NCBI GenBank assembly: GCA_965198945.1
Contig: CBDAQI010000013.1
Coordinates: 128,001-192,000 of the forward strand
Source: Thermodesulfobacteriota bacterium
GTDB lineage: Bacteria; Desulfobacterota_D; UBA1144; Nemesobacterales; Mycalebacteriaceae
Reading direction: 5' to 3'
DNA length: 64,000 nucleotides
Shown: one piece after another, positions 29,150 through 40,515 of the stretch
Position numbering within the stretch: position 1 is the first letter of the stretch
Layout: each line of letters begins with the position of its first letter
Notes under the pieces: model-generated
Databases searched by the model: none
Seen by the model: the letters and a program-made list of their open reading frames with translations, nothing else
What the model was told of the DNA's origin: nothing
Position numbers and translations under genes: made by a program

Positions 29150-31378
29150 ATGTCAGAAAATTTCAACAACCCCGAATGCCAAAACGGACTTGCCGCCGCC
29201 CTTGAACACGGGTTGTCTGAAGATGAGTATTTGCTCATCAAAAAACGGCTTGGAAGGGAGCCCAATAAGGTTGAAGCGGGAATTCTCGGAGCAATGTGGT
29301 CTGAACATTGCTCTTATAAAAGCTCAAAAATTCATCTGCGCAAATTTCCAACCAGAGGTAAATCCGTAATTCACGGGCCGGGAGAAAATGCGGGAGTGAT
29401 GGACATCGGAGACGGCCTCTGTGTTGTCTTCAAAATGGAAAGCCACAACCACCCCTCTTTTATTGAGCCGTATCAGGGCGCCGCAACTGGGGTCGGGGGA
29501 ATCTTGAGAGATATTTTCACCATGGGGGCAAGGCCCGTTGCAATTCTTAATTCACTGAGGTTCGGCAGTCCCGAACTTGAAAAAACAAAATTTCTCGTTG
29601 ACGGAGTTATTTCCGGAATAGCGGGATATGGAAACTGTGTAGGTGTTCCAACGGTCGGGGGTGAAGTTGATTTTGACGAATGCTATAATGGAAATCCCCT
29701 TGTCAATGTTTTCGCGGTGGGCATAGCCGCAAAAGACCGAATTTTCACCGGCCATGCGGCGGGGCTGGGAAACCCGGTTATCTATGTGGGTTCCAAAACC
29801 GGTAGAGACGGAATAAAGGGCGCGGTTATGGCGTCAGATGTTTTTGATGACGAATCTGCGGCTGACCGCCCGACTGTTCAGATAGGAGACCCTTTTACGG
29901 AAAAACTTCTTATTGAGGCCTGCATGGAACTTTTTGAGATGGACGCCGTGGTCGGAATACAGGATATGGGAGCGGCGGGGCTGACTTCATCTTCCGCGGA
30001 AATGGCTGACCGCAGCGGAAACGGCATAAAAATTGACTGTGACAAAATACCGCGGCGCGAAAAGGGAATAACGCCATATGAAATTATGCTTTCCGAATCT
30101 CAGGAAAGAATGCTTATGGTGATCAAAAAAGGCATGGAGAAAAAAGTCCAAAAAATTTTTGAAAAATGGGGTCTGGATTTTTCCGTCATAGGAAAAGTCA
30201 ATGAAGACAAGCATCTCACGGTTGCCGAAGGCGGAGAGGCCATTGCCAGAATTCCGGTTGATTTAATAGCGGAGGCTCCCGAGTATGACAGACCTGTGAG
30301 CAAACCCGCTCCCCGTCCCGCTTCCCGCCGTCCGGTTCAGCCCGGAGGAGAAAAGGAAGTTTTTTTGAAAATTATTTCTTCTCCGTTCTGCGCTAGCAGA
30401 TATTGGATATATGAACAGTATGACCATATGGTCGGCGCAAGAACCGCGCGTTCTCCCGGTTCGGACTGCTCCATCATTCTGATAGACGGAAGCTCCAAAG
30501 CCCTCGCGCTCTCGTCGGACTGTAATTCCCGCTATTGTCTTCTGAGTCCGAGGGAGGGAGCGAAAGCGGCTGTCGCTGAAAGCGCAAGAAATGTGGCCTG
30601 CTGTGGTGCAACCCCTCTTGGAATTACCGACTGTCTTAATTTTGGAAATCCGGAAAATCCGGAAGTTATGTGGCAGTTCAAAGAAGCGGTTGAGGGAATT
30701 TCCGAGGCGGCCGAATATTTTTCAACTCCCGTTGTAAGCGGAAATGTCAGTTTGTATAACGAAACCGCCGGAGTGTCAATAAATCCGACCCCTGTCATAG
30801 GAATGGTCGGCCTTCTTAAGGATATTTCAAAAGCCGTTCCTCAATACTTCAATGACGAAGGCGATATTATTTTCGTTGCGGGTGAAACGTTTGAAGAAAT
30901 GGGGGGAAGTCTGTATTCCTTTCTCATTAACGGGGAATTGGGAGAAAAGCCTCCTTTAGTAAATCTTGAAAAAGAGAGAAAACTTGTTTCATCTTTGATT
31001 GAAGCGGCGCGCAGTGGTATAATACAATCAGCTCATGATATTTCCGAAGGAGGACTGGGTGTGGCCCTTGCCGAGTGTTGTTTGTCTGTGGAAGGATGCC
31101 GCACGGGGTTTTGTGTTTCTCCGGAGAATCTTGACTCTAAAATTCAAAACGGCAATGTGATTCTTTTCTCCGAAACTCAGGCTCGGGCTGTTATTTCCTC
31201 AAGCCCGGAAAATGAGGAAAAAGTCAGAAACTTTTTTCTCTCAAATAAGGTTCCAATTAAAAAAGCGGGAAACGTAACCGCCGATGGTGTTATGGAATTC
31301 AAAAATATATTTAGCATCCCGGTTGAAGATGCAAAAAGGTTATGGTTTGGGGGTTTTGAAAAAAGTCTGATTTCATAA
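29150..31378 (+). CDS. purL: Phosphoribosylformylglycinamidine synthase, small-type PurL
   Basis: [40 protein letters not shown]. Confidence 0.97.
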   Translation: MSENFNNPECQNGLAAALEHGLSEDEYLLIKKRLGREPNKVEAGILGAMWSEHCSYKSSKIHLRKFPTRGKSVIHGPGENAGVMDIGDGLCVVFKMESHNHPSFIEPYQGAATGVGGILRDIFTMGARPVAILNSLRFGSPELEKTKFLVDGVISGIAGYGNCVGVPTVGGEVDFDECYNGNPLVNVFAVGIAAKDRIFTGHAAGLGNPVIYVGSKTGRDGIKGAVMASDVFDDESAADRPTVQIGDPFTEKLLIEACMELFEMDAVVGIQDMGAAGLTSSSAEMADRSGNGIKIDCDKIPRREKGITPYEIMLSESQERMLMVIKKGMEKKVQKIFEKWGLDFSVIGKVNEDKHLTVAEGGEAIARIPVDLIAEAPEYDRPVSKPAPRPASRRPVQPGGEKEVFLKIISSPFCASRYWIYEQYDHMVGARTARSPGSDCSIILIDGSSKALALSSDCNSRYCLLSPREGAKAAVAESARNVACCGATPLGITDCLNFGNPENPEVMWQFKEAVEGISEAAEYFSTPVVSGNVSLYNETAGVSINPTPVIGMVGLLKDISKAVPQYFNDEGDIIFVAGETFEEMGGSLYSFLINGELGEKPPLVNLEKERKLVSSLIEAARSGIIQSAHDISEGGLGVALAECCLSVEGCRTGFCVSPENLDSKIQNGNVILFSETQARAVISSSPENEEKVRNFFLSNKVPIKKAGNVTADGVMEFKNIFSIPVEDAKRLWFGGFEKSLIS

Positions 31379-31386
31379 AAACTCCC

Positions 31387-32814
31387 ATGATGTCTCAGCT
31401 CAAAGAAGAATGCGGTGTTTTCGGGATTTTCAACCATCCCGAAGCCGCAAATCTGGCTTATCTCGGTCTACATTCTCTTCAGCATCGCGGACAGGAAAGC
31501 GCGGGAATTGTAACTTCCGACGGAAAACGGCTTTACAGAAAACGCGCAATGGGTCTGGTGGCTGACGTATTTGACGAAGATTCGCTTAAAAAACTCCAGG
31601 GCACAAACGCAATCGGACATGTGCGCTATTCAACATCGGGCTCAAGCACTCTGAACAACATACAGCCGATTGTCATAACTCGATCAGGTTCTGAAATGGC
31701 GATCGCTCATAACGGCAATCTGACAAACGCACTGACAATTAGAAAAAAACTTGAGGAAGACGGGGCGATTTTTCAGTCCACAAGTGATACGGAAGTGGTT
31801 GTCCATCTGATGGCGAGATCAAAAAAGACCGATCTGCCGGACCGTGTTATTCATGCGCTTTCTTTGTGCAAAGGTGCTTATTCAATAGTGCTTCTGGATT
31901 CGGAAAAACTTGTTGCGGCGAGAGATCCGTATGGGTTCAGGCCTCTTGTGCTGGGCAAGCTCAAAGATTCATATGTTGTCGCATCTGAAACATGCTCTTT
32001 TGAGCTTATAAACGCCGAATACATAAGAGAAATTGAGCCGGGAGAAATAGTTGTCATTGATGCGGATAAATTACAATCTTTTAAGCCTTTTCCTGAAAAA
32101 CCCCCCGCAACCTGTATTTTTGAATATATATACTTTTCCCGTCCCGACAGTAATTTGAACGGACGCAACACCTATCTGGTCAGAAAACAGCTTGGAAAAC
32201 AGCTTGCCGTTGAGCATCCGGCCGATGCCGATATTGTCATAGCGGTTCCCGATTCCGGTGTCCCGGCGGCCATGGGGTATTCTGAACAGACGGGCATTCC
32301 ATATGAAACGGGATTTCTAAGAAGTCATTATGTGGGAAGAACATTTATTGAACCGGAACAGTCAATCAGAAACTTCGGAGTAAAACTTAAACTAAGCGCC
32401 ATAAGAGATATTATAAAAAACAGAAAAATTGTTGTCGTGGATGATTCAATAGTGAGGGGAACAACAAGCAGAAAAATAGTTAAAATGCTCAGAGATGCCG
32501 AAGCCCGGGAAGTACATGTAAGAATATGTTCGCCTCCCATGAAGTTTTCCTGTTACTATGGAATAGATACGCCTGACAAGGGCGAACTTATAGCCAATTC
32601 GCTGAATGTTGATGAAATCAAGAAATACATAACGGCTGATTCTCTGGGATATCTGAGCAGGGAAGGCATAGATATCGCTGTTCAACAATGTTCTTCTCCG
32701 GCGCGAAAGAAAAAATCTGAGGGATACTGTTATGCTTGCTTTTCCGGAGACTATAAGGTTGAAATAGACGACCTGAAGCTGCCTCCTATTCAAATGGGTC
32801 TTTTTCTGGACTGA
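31387..32814 (+). CDS. purF: Amidophosphoribosyltransferase
   Basis: EECGVFG, QHRGQE, VDDSIVRGTT, Fe-S cysteines. Confidence 0.97.
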   Translation: MMSQLKEECGVFGIFNHPEAANLAYLGLHSLQHRGQESAGIVTSDGKRLYRKRAMGLVADVFDEDSLKKLQGTNAIGHVRYSTSGSSTLNNIQPIVITRSGSEMAIAHNGNLTNALTIRKKLEEDGAIFQSTSDTEVVVHLMARSKKTDLPDRVIHALSLCKGAYSIVLLDSEKLVAARDPYGFRPLVLGKLKDSYVVASETCSFELINAEYIREIEPGEIVVIDADKLQSFKPFPEKPPATCIFEYIYFSRPDSNLNGRNTYLVRKQLGKQLAVEHPADADIVIAVPDSGVPAAMGYSEQTGIPYETGFLRSHYVGRTFIEPEQSIRNFGVKLKLSAIRDIIKNRKIVVVDDSIVRGTTSRKIVKMLRDAEAREVHVRICSPPMKFSCYYGIDTPDKGELIANSLNVDEIKKYITADSLGYLSREGIDIAVQQCSSPARKKKSEGYCYACFSGDYKVEIDDLKLPPIQMGLFLD

Positions 32815-32820
32815 ATTTTG

Positions 32821-35607
32821 TTATTCGGTATCGCCTGCAATTCGTTTCATTTCTGATTTAAGAACAGTTTTCCGCAGCAAAAATTCCTCAAGTTTTCCCC
32901 TCTCTTTCTGGATGATTTTATCAGGGGCTTTGTTTGTAAAATCAGGATTGGCAAGTTTATGCTCGCAAGCGCTTATTTTTTCGGAGATTTCCCGGATCTG
33001 TCTTTCTATGGCATCCGCGTTTCCGGCGGAGAGATTTCTTTCTTTCTTTTCCGGTTCTATTTTGAGATTGATGTTCAGCCTCCCGGGGATTTCTTTTTTC
33101 GTAATAACAAAAGAGACTGAAAGAGAAAAACCTTTTGCGGAAGAAAACTCTTTTTCATCTTCACAAAAGTGATGGGAGGAGATTCCGGCGAGTTTTTTCA
33201 GTATGGAGATTTCAGATTCAATTAAGGATTTTATGCGCTCCGAATTTTCTCCCGGCTCCGGAAAAAAAGAGACTTTTATTTTTTCAGACACTTTGATTTC
33301 CGCGGCTCCCCTTTTTATACGAATTTCATCAATGAGTCCTTCAAATAAAAATTTCATTTCATTGTATTCGGAGTCAAAGCTTTCCGGCACATTTTCATCA
33401 AACTCAGGGTAGTTTGAATCAAGCAGACTGACGGCTTCGGCACCGGAAAAAATTTTTATTCTCTCGTTTATTTCTTCTGTAATATGAGGGCAGAAAGGGT
33501 GGAGAGCATGTGCCGAGACTGACAGAACATACATAAGAACATGACCTGTTTCCCGTGCTTTTTCCGGGTTTTCACCGTATATTGAAATTTTTGCGGATTC
33601 AATGTAGCGGTCACAAAAGTCTCTCCGGAAAAAACGATATATCTCCCGCGCGGCTTTGCCGAACTCATATTCTTCCATATATTCATCAATGTTTTTTAGA
33701 CATTGTTTGAGACTTGCAAGTATCCATTTGTCGGACCTGCTGAGTTTTGCGGACGGTATAACCCCTTCCCCGCATTTATCAAACCGCCCCGGTTTTTCAT
33801 CAATTTCAAGAATAAAACGCGCCGCATTCCATATCTTGTTCATAAAATTTCTGTATCCCCTGATTGTTGAAAGGGAAAGTTCAATATCTTTTCCGCCCGA
33901 AGTCAGAGCACAGAGACAAAAACGAAGAGCATCAGCGCCGAATTGATCCGCAATTTCAAGAGGGTCTATTACATTGCCCTTGGTTTTGCTCATTTTTTCG
34001 CCCTTCTCATCTCGTATCAGGCCGTGAATGCATATGTCGCCGAAAGGGCTTTTCCCCGTAAATTGAAGTCCGAACATGGCCATGCGCGCCACCCAGAAAA
34101 ATATTATGTCAAACCCGGTTATCAGAACCGTTGTGGGGTAGTATGTTTGGAACAAACGGTCGTCTTCCCGGCCCCAGTTCAGGGTAACAAAAGGCCACAG
34201 AGCGGAAGAAAACCATGTGTCCAGAACATTCGGATCCCTTGTGATTTCAACTTTTTCGCCGTAATGTCTGAAAGAGCTTTCCGCGGCTTTTTTTCCGTCT
34301 TTTTCAACAAACACTTCCCCGTCAGGCCCATACCATGCGGGTATTTGATGCCCCCACCATAGCTGCCGCGATATACACCATGGTTCTATGTTTTTCATCC
34401 ACTGAAAATAGGTGCGTTCCCAGAATTTCGGATAAAATTTCATTTCATCTTTTTCAACTGCCCTGACGGCTTGCCCGGCAAAACTTTTAACGTCCATATA
34501 CCACTGTTCCATAAGACGCGGTTCTATGACGGCTCCCGACCTGTCGCCGTAGGGAACAGTATGTGAAATGTTTTGCGTTTTTTGCAGAAATCCGCCCTCT
34601 TCCAGATCTTTAACAAGCTTTTTTCTCGCTTCAAACCTATCAAGTGTTCTGTATTTTTCGGGCGCATTCTCATTCAGACATGTGTTTTCATCAAAGATGT
34701 TTACTGGAGACAAATTGTGCCTTTTGCCGACTTCAAAATCATTGAAATCATGGGCGGGGGTTATCTTGACCGCGCCGCTTCCTTTTTCGGGATCCGAATA
34801 CTCATCCGCGATTACCGGAACGGATCTTCCGGTGAGAGGCAAATCAACCTCCGTGCCGACAAGGTCTTTATACCTGTCATCTGAAGGATGAACCGCGACC
34901 GCCACATCACCGAACATAGTTTCAGGTCTGGTTGTGGCGACAGTTATATGTCCGTCGCCGTCTTTCAAAGGGTATTTTATATGCCAATAGTGTCCCTGAA
35001 CTTCTTTCTGTTCCACTTCCAGATCAGAAATTGCGGTTTTCAATTTCGGGTCATAGTTAACCAGCCTGTAGTCGCGTCTGATAAATTTTTGCTTGTAAAG
35101 TTCAACAAAAACATCTTTGACGGCATCGGAAAAACCGTCATCCATTGTAAACCTCTGTTTGCTCCAGTCCGGAATAAAACCGAGTCTGCGTATTTGTTCA
35201 AAAATTTTGTCTCCTGATTTTTCCTTGAACTCCCAGACTTTCTCAATAAAATTCTCCTTTCCGATGCTTTCCCTCTCAATCCCTTCCTTTGCAAGTTCAC
35301 GCTCAACAATCATCTGAGTCGCAATTCCCGCATGGTCGGTTCCCGGAACCCAGAGCACATCAAATCCTTTCATTTTTTTATAACGGACGAGAACGTCCTG
35401 AAGAGTGTTGTTGAGGGCATGCCCTATATGCAGAGAGCCCGTAACGTTGGGAGGCGGCATAACAACGGAAAAAACCGGTTTGCCGCCCTTGTCTGTTTTT
35501 AAAGACTTGAATTTTTCATTCTCAAGCCAGAAATTCCGCCATTTTTCCTCAAGCGGGACCGGGTTGTATGTTTTTTCCATGCCTTCCGGAACTGGAGGCA
35601 CGGTCAT
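32821..35607 (-). CDS. valS: Valine--tRNA ligase
   Basis: [29 protein letters not shown]; the start may instead be 35580. Confidence 0.97.
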   Translation of the reverse strand: MTVPPVPEGMEKTYNPVPLEEKWRNFWLENEKFKSLKTDKGGKPVFSVVMPPPNVTGSLHIGHALNNTLQDVLVRYKKMKGFDVLWVPGTDHAGIATQMIVERELAKEGIERESIGKENFIEKVWEFKEKSGDKIFEQIRRLGFIPDWSKQRFTMDDGFSDAVKDVFVELYKQKFIRRDYRLVNYDPKLKTAISDLEVEQKEVQGHYWHIKYPLKDGDGHITVATTRPETMFGDVAVAVHPSDDRYKDLVGTEVDLPLTGRSVPVIADEYSDPEKGSGAVKITPAHDFNDFEVGKRHNLSPVNIFDENTCLNENAPEKYRTLDRFEARKKLVKDLEEGGFLQKTQNISHTVPYGDRSGAVIEPRLMEQWYMDVKSFAGQAVRAVEKDEMKFYPKFWERTYFQWMKNIEPWCISRQLWWGHQIPAWYGPDGEVFVEKDGKKAAESSFRHYGEKVEITRDPNVLDTWFSSALWPFVTLNWGREDDRLFQTYYPTTVLITGFDIIFFWVARMAMFGLQFTGKSPFGDICIHGLIRDEKGEKMSKTKGNVIDPLEIADQFGADALRFCLCALTSGGKDIELSLSTIRGYRNFMNKIWNAARFILEIDEKPGRFDKCGEGVIPSAKLSRSDKWILASLKQCLKNIDEYMEEYEFGKAAREIYRFFRRDFCDRYIESAKISIYGENPEKARETGHVLMYVLSVSAHALHPFCPHITEEINERIKIFSGAEAVSLLDSNYPEFDENVPESFDSEYNEMKFLFEGLIDEIRIKRGAAEIKVSEKIKVSFFPEPGENSERIKSLIESEISILKKLAGISSHHFCEDEKEFSSAKGFSLSVSFVITKKEIPGRLNINLKIEPEKKERNLSAGNADAIERQIREISEKISACEHKLANPDFTNKAPDKIIQKERGKLEEFLLRKTVLKSEMKRIAGDTE

Positions 35608-38600
35608 ACCCCCAGTTTTTCTTCAAGTTTTTCGGATTGAACTTCTTCCAGAACGGGAACTGGAACCGGAACCTCATCTTCCTGTTTTTGAATTCTGATG
35701 TCTTTATACATCCCAAGCCCGGTGCCCGCAGGTATGATTTTCCCGATAATGACGTTTTCTTTAAGTCCTTTGAGTTTATCCTCTTTGCTTTCGCATGCGG
35801 CTTCGGTAAGAACCTTTGTAGTTTCCTGGAAAGACGCGGCGGAAAGCCAGCTTTCAGTGCTCAAAGAAGAGCGGGTGATTCCAAGTAGCAGAGGTTCGGC
35901 TGTGGCGGGCTTGCCGTCTTGCTCTTCCACTTCAGCATTTTCTTTATGGAAAAAGGTTTTTGTTATATGTTCTCCGGGAAGCATGGTTGTATCTCCCGGA
36001 TCTTTAATTTTGACCCTTTTCAGCATCTGTCTGACTATCACTTCTATATGTTTGTCGTTTATCCTCACACCCTGGAGTTTGTAAACTTCCTGGATCTCTT
36101 TGACCAGAAACTCGCTGAGAGCCTTTTCCCCTTTAATTTTAAGAATATCATGAGGGTTTTCGTCACCATCCACAAGTTTGTCTCCGGAAAACACAAAGTC
36201 TCCTTCTCTCACGAGAATATGCTCTCCTCTCGGAACAATATATTCTTTTTTCTCTCCAACTTCCGGCTGAACAAAAACACGCCTTTTGCCCTTCACGTCT
36301 TCTCCAAATGCAACGGTGCCGTCAATTTCGCTCACTATTGCGAGATCTTTTGGAACACGCGCTTCAAAAAGCTCCGCAACTCTGGGCAAACCACCGGTTA
36401 TGTCTTTTGTTTTGGCGGTTTCTTTGGGAATTTTTGCTATTATGTCTCCGGGTTCCGTCAGGTCGCCGTCGCTTTTTTCAATAATCGCCCCGGTGGGAAG
36501 ATCTTCGGATTGCAGAAGTTCTACGTCGCTCTGCTTTCCCGGGTCTTCAACTATTATTCTTGGTTTAAGTTTTGTGCTTTTGGATTCAATTACAACCTTT
36601 TCAAGCATGCCCGTAACTTCATCAGCCTGCTCCTTAAAGGTTATTCCCATCTCAAGGTCTCTCCATTTAACGGTTCCCGATTTCTCTGAAATAATAGGAG
36701 TCGTGTAGGGATCCCATTCGGCAAGAAGGGTTTTCTCTTTTACTTTTTCTCCGTCTTTGACTTTAAGACGGGAGCCGAGCTCAAGTTTGTATTTTTCTCT
36801 CTCATACCCCTTTTCATCCATAATGGCTATGTTTCCGTTTCTGTTGGTAACAACAAGCTGTCCGTCAGTCGTTTCAGCGGTTTCAAGATTGGACATTTTT
36901 ACCACACCCGCGAGATTATTCTCAAGGGTGGTTTCCATTGCACTCTGGCTTGCGGCTCCGCCTATGTGGAAAGTTCTCATTGTAAGCTGAGTTCCCGGCT
37001 CGCCGATTGACTGCGCAGCCATAATTCCCACGGCCTCACCTATTTCCACTATCTTTCCGGTTGAAAGATTTCTGCCGTAACAGAGGCGGCATATTCCTTC
37101 TTCGGTATCGCAAGTCAAAACCGAACGGATTTTAACTTCACTTATTACGCTTTCGTTGATTTTTGCCGCCGCCTCGTTGTCCACCTCCCGGCCGCTTTTC
37201 ACGATAATTTCCCCCGTTTCCGGGTTTTTCAAATCATCAAGAACTACCCTTCCGAGAACCCTGTCTCCCACATGTTCTCTCACTCTGCCTCCTTCCACCA
37301 AATCGGTATAAAGCAGGCCTTCAATGGTTCCGCAGTTTTCTTCGGTGACTATTATGTCATGCGCAACATCAATCAGTTTTCTTGTAAGATGACCGGCGTT
37401 AGCGGTTTTAAGAGCGGTATCGGCAAGCCCTTTTCTGGCTCCATGGGTTGATATGAAATAGTCCATCACTTTCATGCCTTCTCTGAAATTTGAAGTGATG
37501 GGCTTTTCAATGATCGTGCCGTCCGGCCGTGCCATCAAGCCCCTCATTCCCGCAAGCTGTCTCACCTGTGTTTTGCTTCCGCGCGCGCCGGAATCTATCA
37601 TCATATATATGGGATTTGAACTGGTCCTTTTTATCTCATTGCCTTTTTTATCCGTGGCGGTTTCAAACTTGATGTTTTCCATCATTTCGTCCGCAACTTC
37701 ATCACTTGTTTTGGACCATATATCAACAATTTTGTTGTAGCGCTCTCCGTCCGTTATCAGTCCCTGGGAATACTGTTCCTGAATTTTCATTTCCTCATCA
37801 CGGGCTTCTTTGACAAGAGTTTCCTTGCTGTCCGGAATTTGCATGTCGTCAATTGAGATGGAAATTCCGGATTTGGTGGCGTATTTGAAGCCGAGCGTTC
37901 TTATTCGGTCAGCCATAACAACCGTTTCCTTGCCGCCGTTCATTCTAAAGCAGGTGTCCACAAGACTTTCAACTTCCCCTTTACTCATGGGTTTGTTAAT
38001 GAGGTCAAAAGGAATTGTTTTTGGAATGGCCTCATCGTAGAGAATTGCCCTTCCCACGGTTGTTTCAATAATTTCATCATTAATTCTGATTTTTATCTGA
38101 GCGTGAATATCAACGTGACCGGAATGATAGGCCATCACAACTTCTTCCGGCGATGAAAAGTATTTGCCCTCCCCCTTGCTATGAGAGGAATCTTTGGTCA
38201 TATAGTAAACTCCGAGCACAATATCCTGGGTCGGCAGAATAACCGGCTTTCCGTGCGCCGGGGAAAGTATGTTGTTTGTTGACATAACAAGTGTGCGGCA
38301 CTCGGCCTGTGCCTCAATTGACAGAGGGACATGAACGGCCATCTGGTCGCCATCAAAATCTGCGTTATAGGCGGGGCAAACGAGCGGGTGAACCCTGATT
38401 GACCTGTCTTCAACAAGCACGGGCTCAAAAGCCTGAATGCTCAATTTGTGAAGTGTCGGCGCCCTGTTGAGCATAACCATATGCTCTTTGATAACGTCAT
38501 CAAGGGCATCCCAAACCACCGGAGCGCCGGTTTCAACAAACTTTTTCGCTATTTTAATTGTCGGCGCGACCGAACTTCCGTCTTTATTCTTCAGTTCCTG

Positions 38601-40496
38601 AAGTTTTTGATAGATGAACGGCTTGAAAAGCTCAAGAGCCATCTGTTTTGGAAGCCCGCACTGGTGAAGCTTCAAGTTCGGGCCAACCGTAATAACCGAA
38701 CGTCCCGAATAGTCCACCCTTTTCCCGAGCAGATTCTGGCGGAATCTTCCGCTTTTGCCTTTGATAATATCCGTCAGACTTTTCAGAGGGCGGTGGTTGT
38801 GTCCCAAAACGGGTCTGCCCCTCCTTCCGTTCTCAAACAAAGCGTCAACGGCTTCTTGAAGCATTCTTTTTTCGTTTCTGACAATAATGTCCGGCGCATC
38901 CAGTTCCAGAAGTCTTTTCAATCTGTTGTTTCTGTTTATGACCCTTCTGTATAAAACATTGAGGTCTGAAGTGGCAAAACGCCCTCCGTGGGGAACCAGG
39001 GGACGAAGGTCCGGAGGCAATACCGGAATGGTCTTCAAAACCATCCATTCGGGGCGGTTGTTTGATTTGCGGAATGTCTCACATATTTTGCGTCTTTTCG
39101 CTATTTTCGCTTTTTTCAAAGGAGAACTGGATTCCTGCATTTCAGTTTTCAGTTCTTCCGAGAGAGCCTTTAAATCAATGCTTTTCAACATGTCATAAAT
39201 GGCTTCCGCTCCCATTCCGTATGTGTAGTTAACCTCAAAGCCGTCATCCGCTTCGAGAAGTATGCTGATTTCCTCTTTCGTGAAAGAAGCCTTAATGAGC
39301 TTGCCGAACTCATCCTGGTCTTTTTTCATTTTGTCTCTAACTTTTATCAGCTGCTCATAATCCTCTCTAAAATGTGAAGGAACCTCTTCGCCTTCGGCTT
39401 CCGCTTTTTTCATTTTTCTCTCTGCGTCTCTGTAAGACCTGCGCATTTCAGAGTGTTTTTTGCCCTTCTCGCCTTTTAGAAGGTTGTCGCGTGACAGACC
39501 AACCACTTCATCTTCTGCGGTTTGTGAAAGTTCTTTGAAAGCATCGCGTATTTTTTTATCGCTTGCGGGAATCTCTTCCAGTCCGAGAGTTTTGTAGTGT
39601 TCTCCGAACTGATTCTTAAAGTCCTCCCTGGCGGACTGAAAAATATCCATTGCGGTTTTGGGTTTGTCGCCGACCCGGTCTTTTTCCAACTCGGAAACTT
39701 TGGCGTCATATACTTTCCGCTCGTTTTCGTAATTTTTTTTAGCATCCAGAAAAGAATAAATCCTGCGCCTGATCTCGTGTTCGGAAAAACCTTTTTTGCC
39801 GGACAAAAGACCCTGCAATGAAAATTTTGCGGCCACTTCCCCCGGCACGAGATATTTATACCAGAAATCCTTCACCAGAGACATTTCTTCTTCACTCATC
39901 AATAAAGAAACGAGACGTTCCACGTCTTCCTCAGTTTCAAGGTGGGTAAAATCCTGCTCGGAAACTTTTTCAAGAGAGGGAATGACATACTCCGCTTTTC
40001 TCAAACTGGCCAGATCCTCACCCGTGAGAATTTGTCCCATTTTAAGAGAGGAATTGGCCGGGTCTATGACCACGTTGGATTCGTAGTAGAGAACCCTGTC
40101 AAGGTCTTTGAGACTCATATCAAGAATCATCCCTATGCGGCTTGGAGTGCTGCGCAGGAACCAGATATGAACAACCGGTGAGGCAAGGTCTATATGAGCC
40201 ATCCTTTCCCGTCTTAACTTTGAAGTTGTGACTTCCACGCCGCACTTTTCACAGACGATGCCCCTGTGTTTCAGTCTCTTGTATTTCCCGCAGGCACACT
40301 CGTAATCCTTGACCGGACCGAAGATTTTAGGGCAGAACAAGCCATTTTTTTCAGGTTTGAAGGTTCTGTAATTTATTGTCTCGGGTTTTTTAACTTCCCC
40401 GTGAGACCATGATTTTATGGCTTCGGGAGATGCTATTGATATCTGGACCCCGGAATAATCGTCCGCTTTGTTTGTTATCATATCTTCAAAATTCAC
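35604..40496 (-). CDS. rpoC: RNA polymerase beta' subunit with a large N-terminal insertion
   Basis: KPETINYRT, Zn finger, [29 protein letters not shown] start after GGAGG. Confidence 0.98.
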   Translation of the reverse strand: MNFEDMITNKADDYSGVQISIASPEAIKSWSHGEVKKPETINYRTFKPEKNGLFCPKIFGPVKDYECACGKYKRLKHRGIVCEKCGVEVTTSKLRRERMAHIDLASPVVHIWFLRSTPSRIGMILDMSLKDLDRVLYYESNVVIDPANSSLKMGQILTGEDLASLRKAEYVIPSLEKVSEQDFTHLETEEDVERLVSLLMSEEEMSLVKDFWYKYLVPGEVAAKFSLQGLLSGKKGFSEHEIRRRIYSFLDAKKNYENERKVYDAKVSELEKDRVGDKPKTAMDIFQSAREDFKNQFGEHYKTLGLEEIPASDKKIRDAFKELSQTAEDEVVGLSRDNLLKGEKGKKHSEMRRSYRDAERKMKKAEAEGEEVPSHFREDYEQLIKVRDKMKKDQDEFGKLIKASFTKEEISILLEADDGFEVNYTYGMGAEAIYDMLKSIDLKALSEELKTEMQESSSPLKKAKIAKRRKICETFRKSNNRPEWMVLKTIPVLPPDLRPLVPHGGRFATSDLNVLYRRVINRNNRLKRLLELDAPDIIVRNEKRMLQEAVDALFENGRRGRPVLGHNHRPLKSLTDIIKGKSGRFRQNLLGKRVDYSGRSVITVGPNLKLHQCGLPKQMALELFKPFIYQKLQELKNKDGSSVAPTIKIAKKFVETGAPVVWDALDDVIKEHMVMLNRAPTLHKLSIQAFEPVLVEDRSIRVHPLVCPAYNADFDGDQMAVHVPLSIEAQAECRTLVMSTNNILSPAHGKPVILPTQDIVLGVYYMTKDSSHSKGEGKYFSSPEEVVMAYHSGHVDIHAQIKIRINDEIIETTVGRAILYDEAIPKTIPFDLINKPMSKGEVESLVDTCFRMNGGKETVVMADRIRTLGFKYATKSGISISIDDMQIPDSKETLVKEARDEEMKIQEQYSQGLITDGERYNKIVDIWSKTSDEVADEMMENIKFETATDKKGNEIKRTSSNPIYMMIDSGARGSKTQVRQLAGMRGLMARPDGTIIEKPITSNFREGMKVMDYFISTHGARKGLADTALKTANAGHLTRKLIDVAHDIIVTEENCGTIEGLLYTDLVEGGRVREHVGDRVLGRVVLDDLKNPETGEIIVKSGREVDNEAAAKINESVISEVKIRSVLTCDTEEGICRLCYGRNLSTGKIVEIGEAVGIMAAQSIGEPGTQLTMRTFHIGGAASQSAMETTLENNLAGVVKMSNLETAETTDGQLVVTNRNGNIAIMDEKGYEREKYKLELGSRLKVKDGEKVKEKTLLAEWDPYTTPIISEKSGTVKWRDLEMGITFKEQADEVTGMLEKVVIESKSTKLKPRIIVEDPGKQSDVELLQSEDLPTGAIIEKSDGDLTEPGDIIAKIPKETAKTKDITGGLPRVAELFEARVPKDLAIVSEIDGTVAFGEDVKGKRRVFVQPEVGEKKEYIVPRGEHILVREGDFVFSGDKLVDGDENPHDILKIKGEKALSEFLVKEIQEVYKLQGVRINDKHIEVIVRQMLKRVKIKDPGDTTMLPGEHITKTFFHKENAEVEEQDGKPATAEPLLLGITRSSLSTESWLSAASFQETTKVLTEAACESKEDKLKGLKENVIIGKIIPAGTGLGMYKDIRIQKQEDEVPVPVPVLEEVQSEKLEEKLGV

Positions 40497-40515
40497 TTTT
40501 TTGCCGCCTCCATTT

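Noticed and set aside
29150..31378. Missing purQ/purS next to the small-type purL
   Set aside because: These genes are often unlinked, so their absence from this window is uninformative.
36400..36960. Long insertion in the RpoC trigger loop
   Set aside because: This is the known SI3 (beta' i6) domain typical of Proteobacteria and relatives.
39237..39995. RpoC insertion as an intein
   Set aside because: No N-terminal Cys/Ser block, no His-Asn end and no LAGLIDADG motif.
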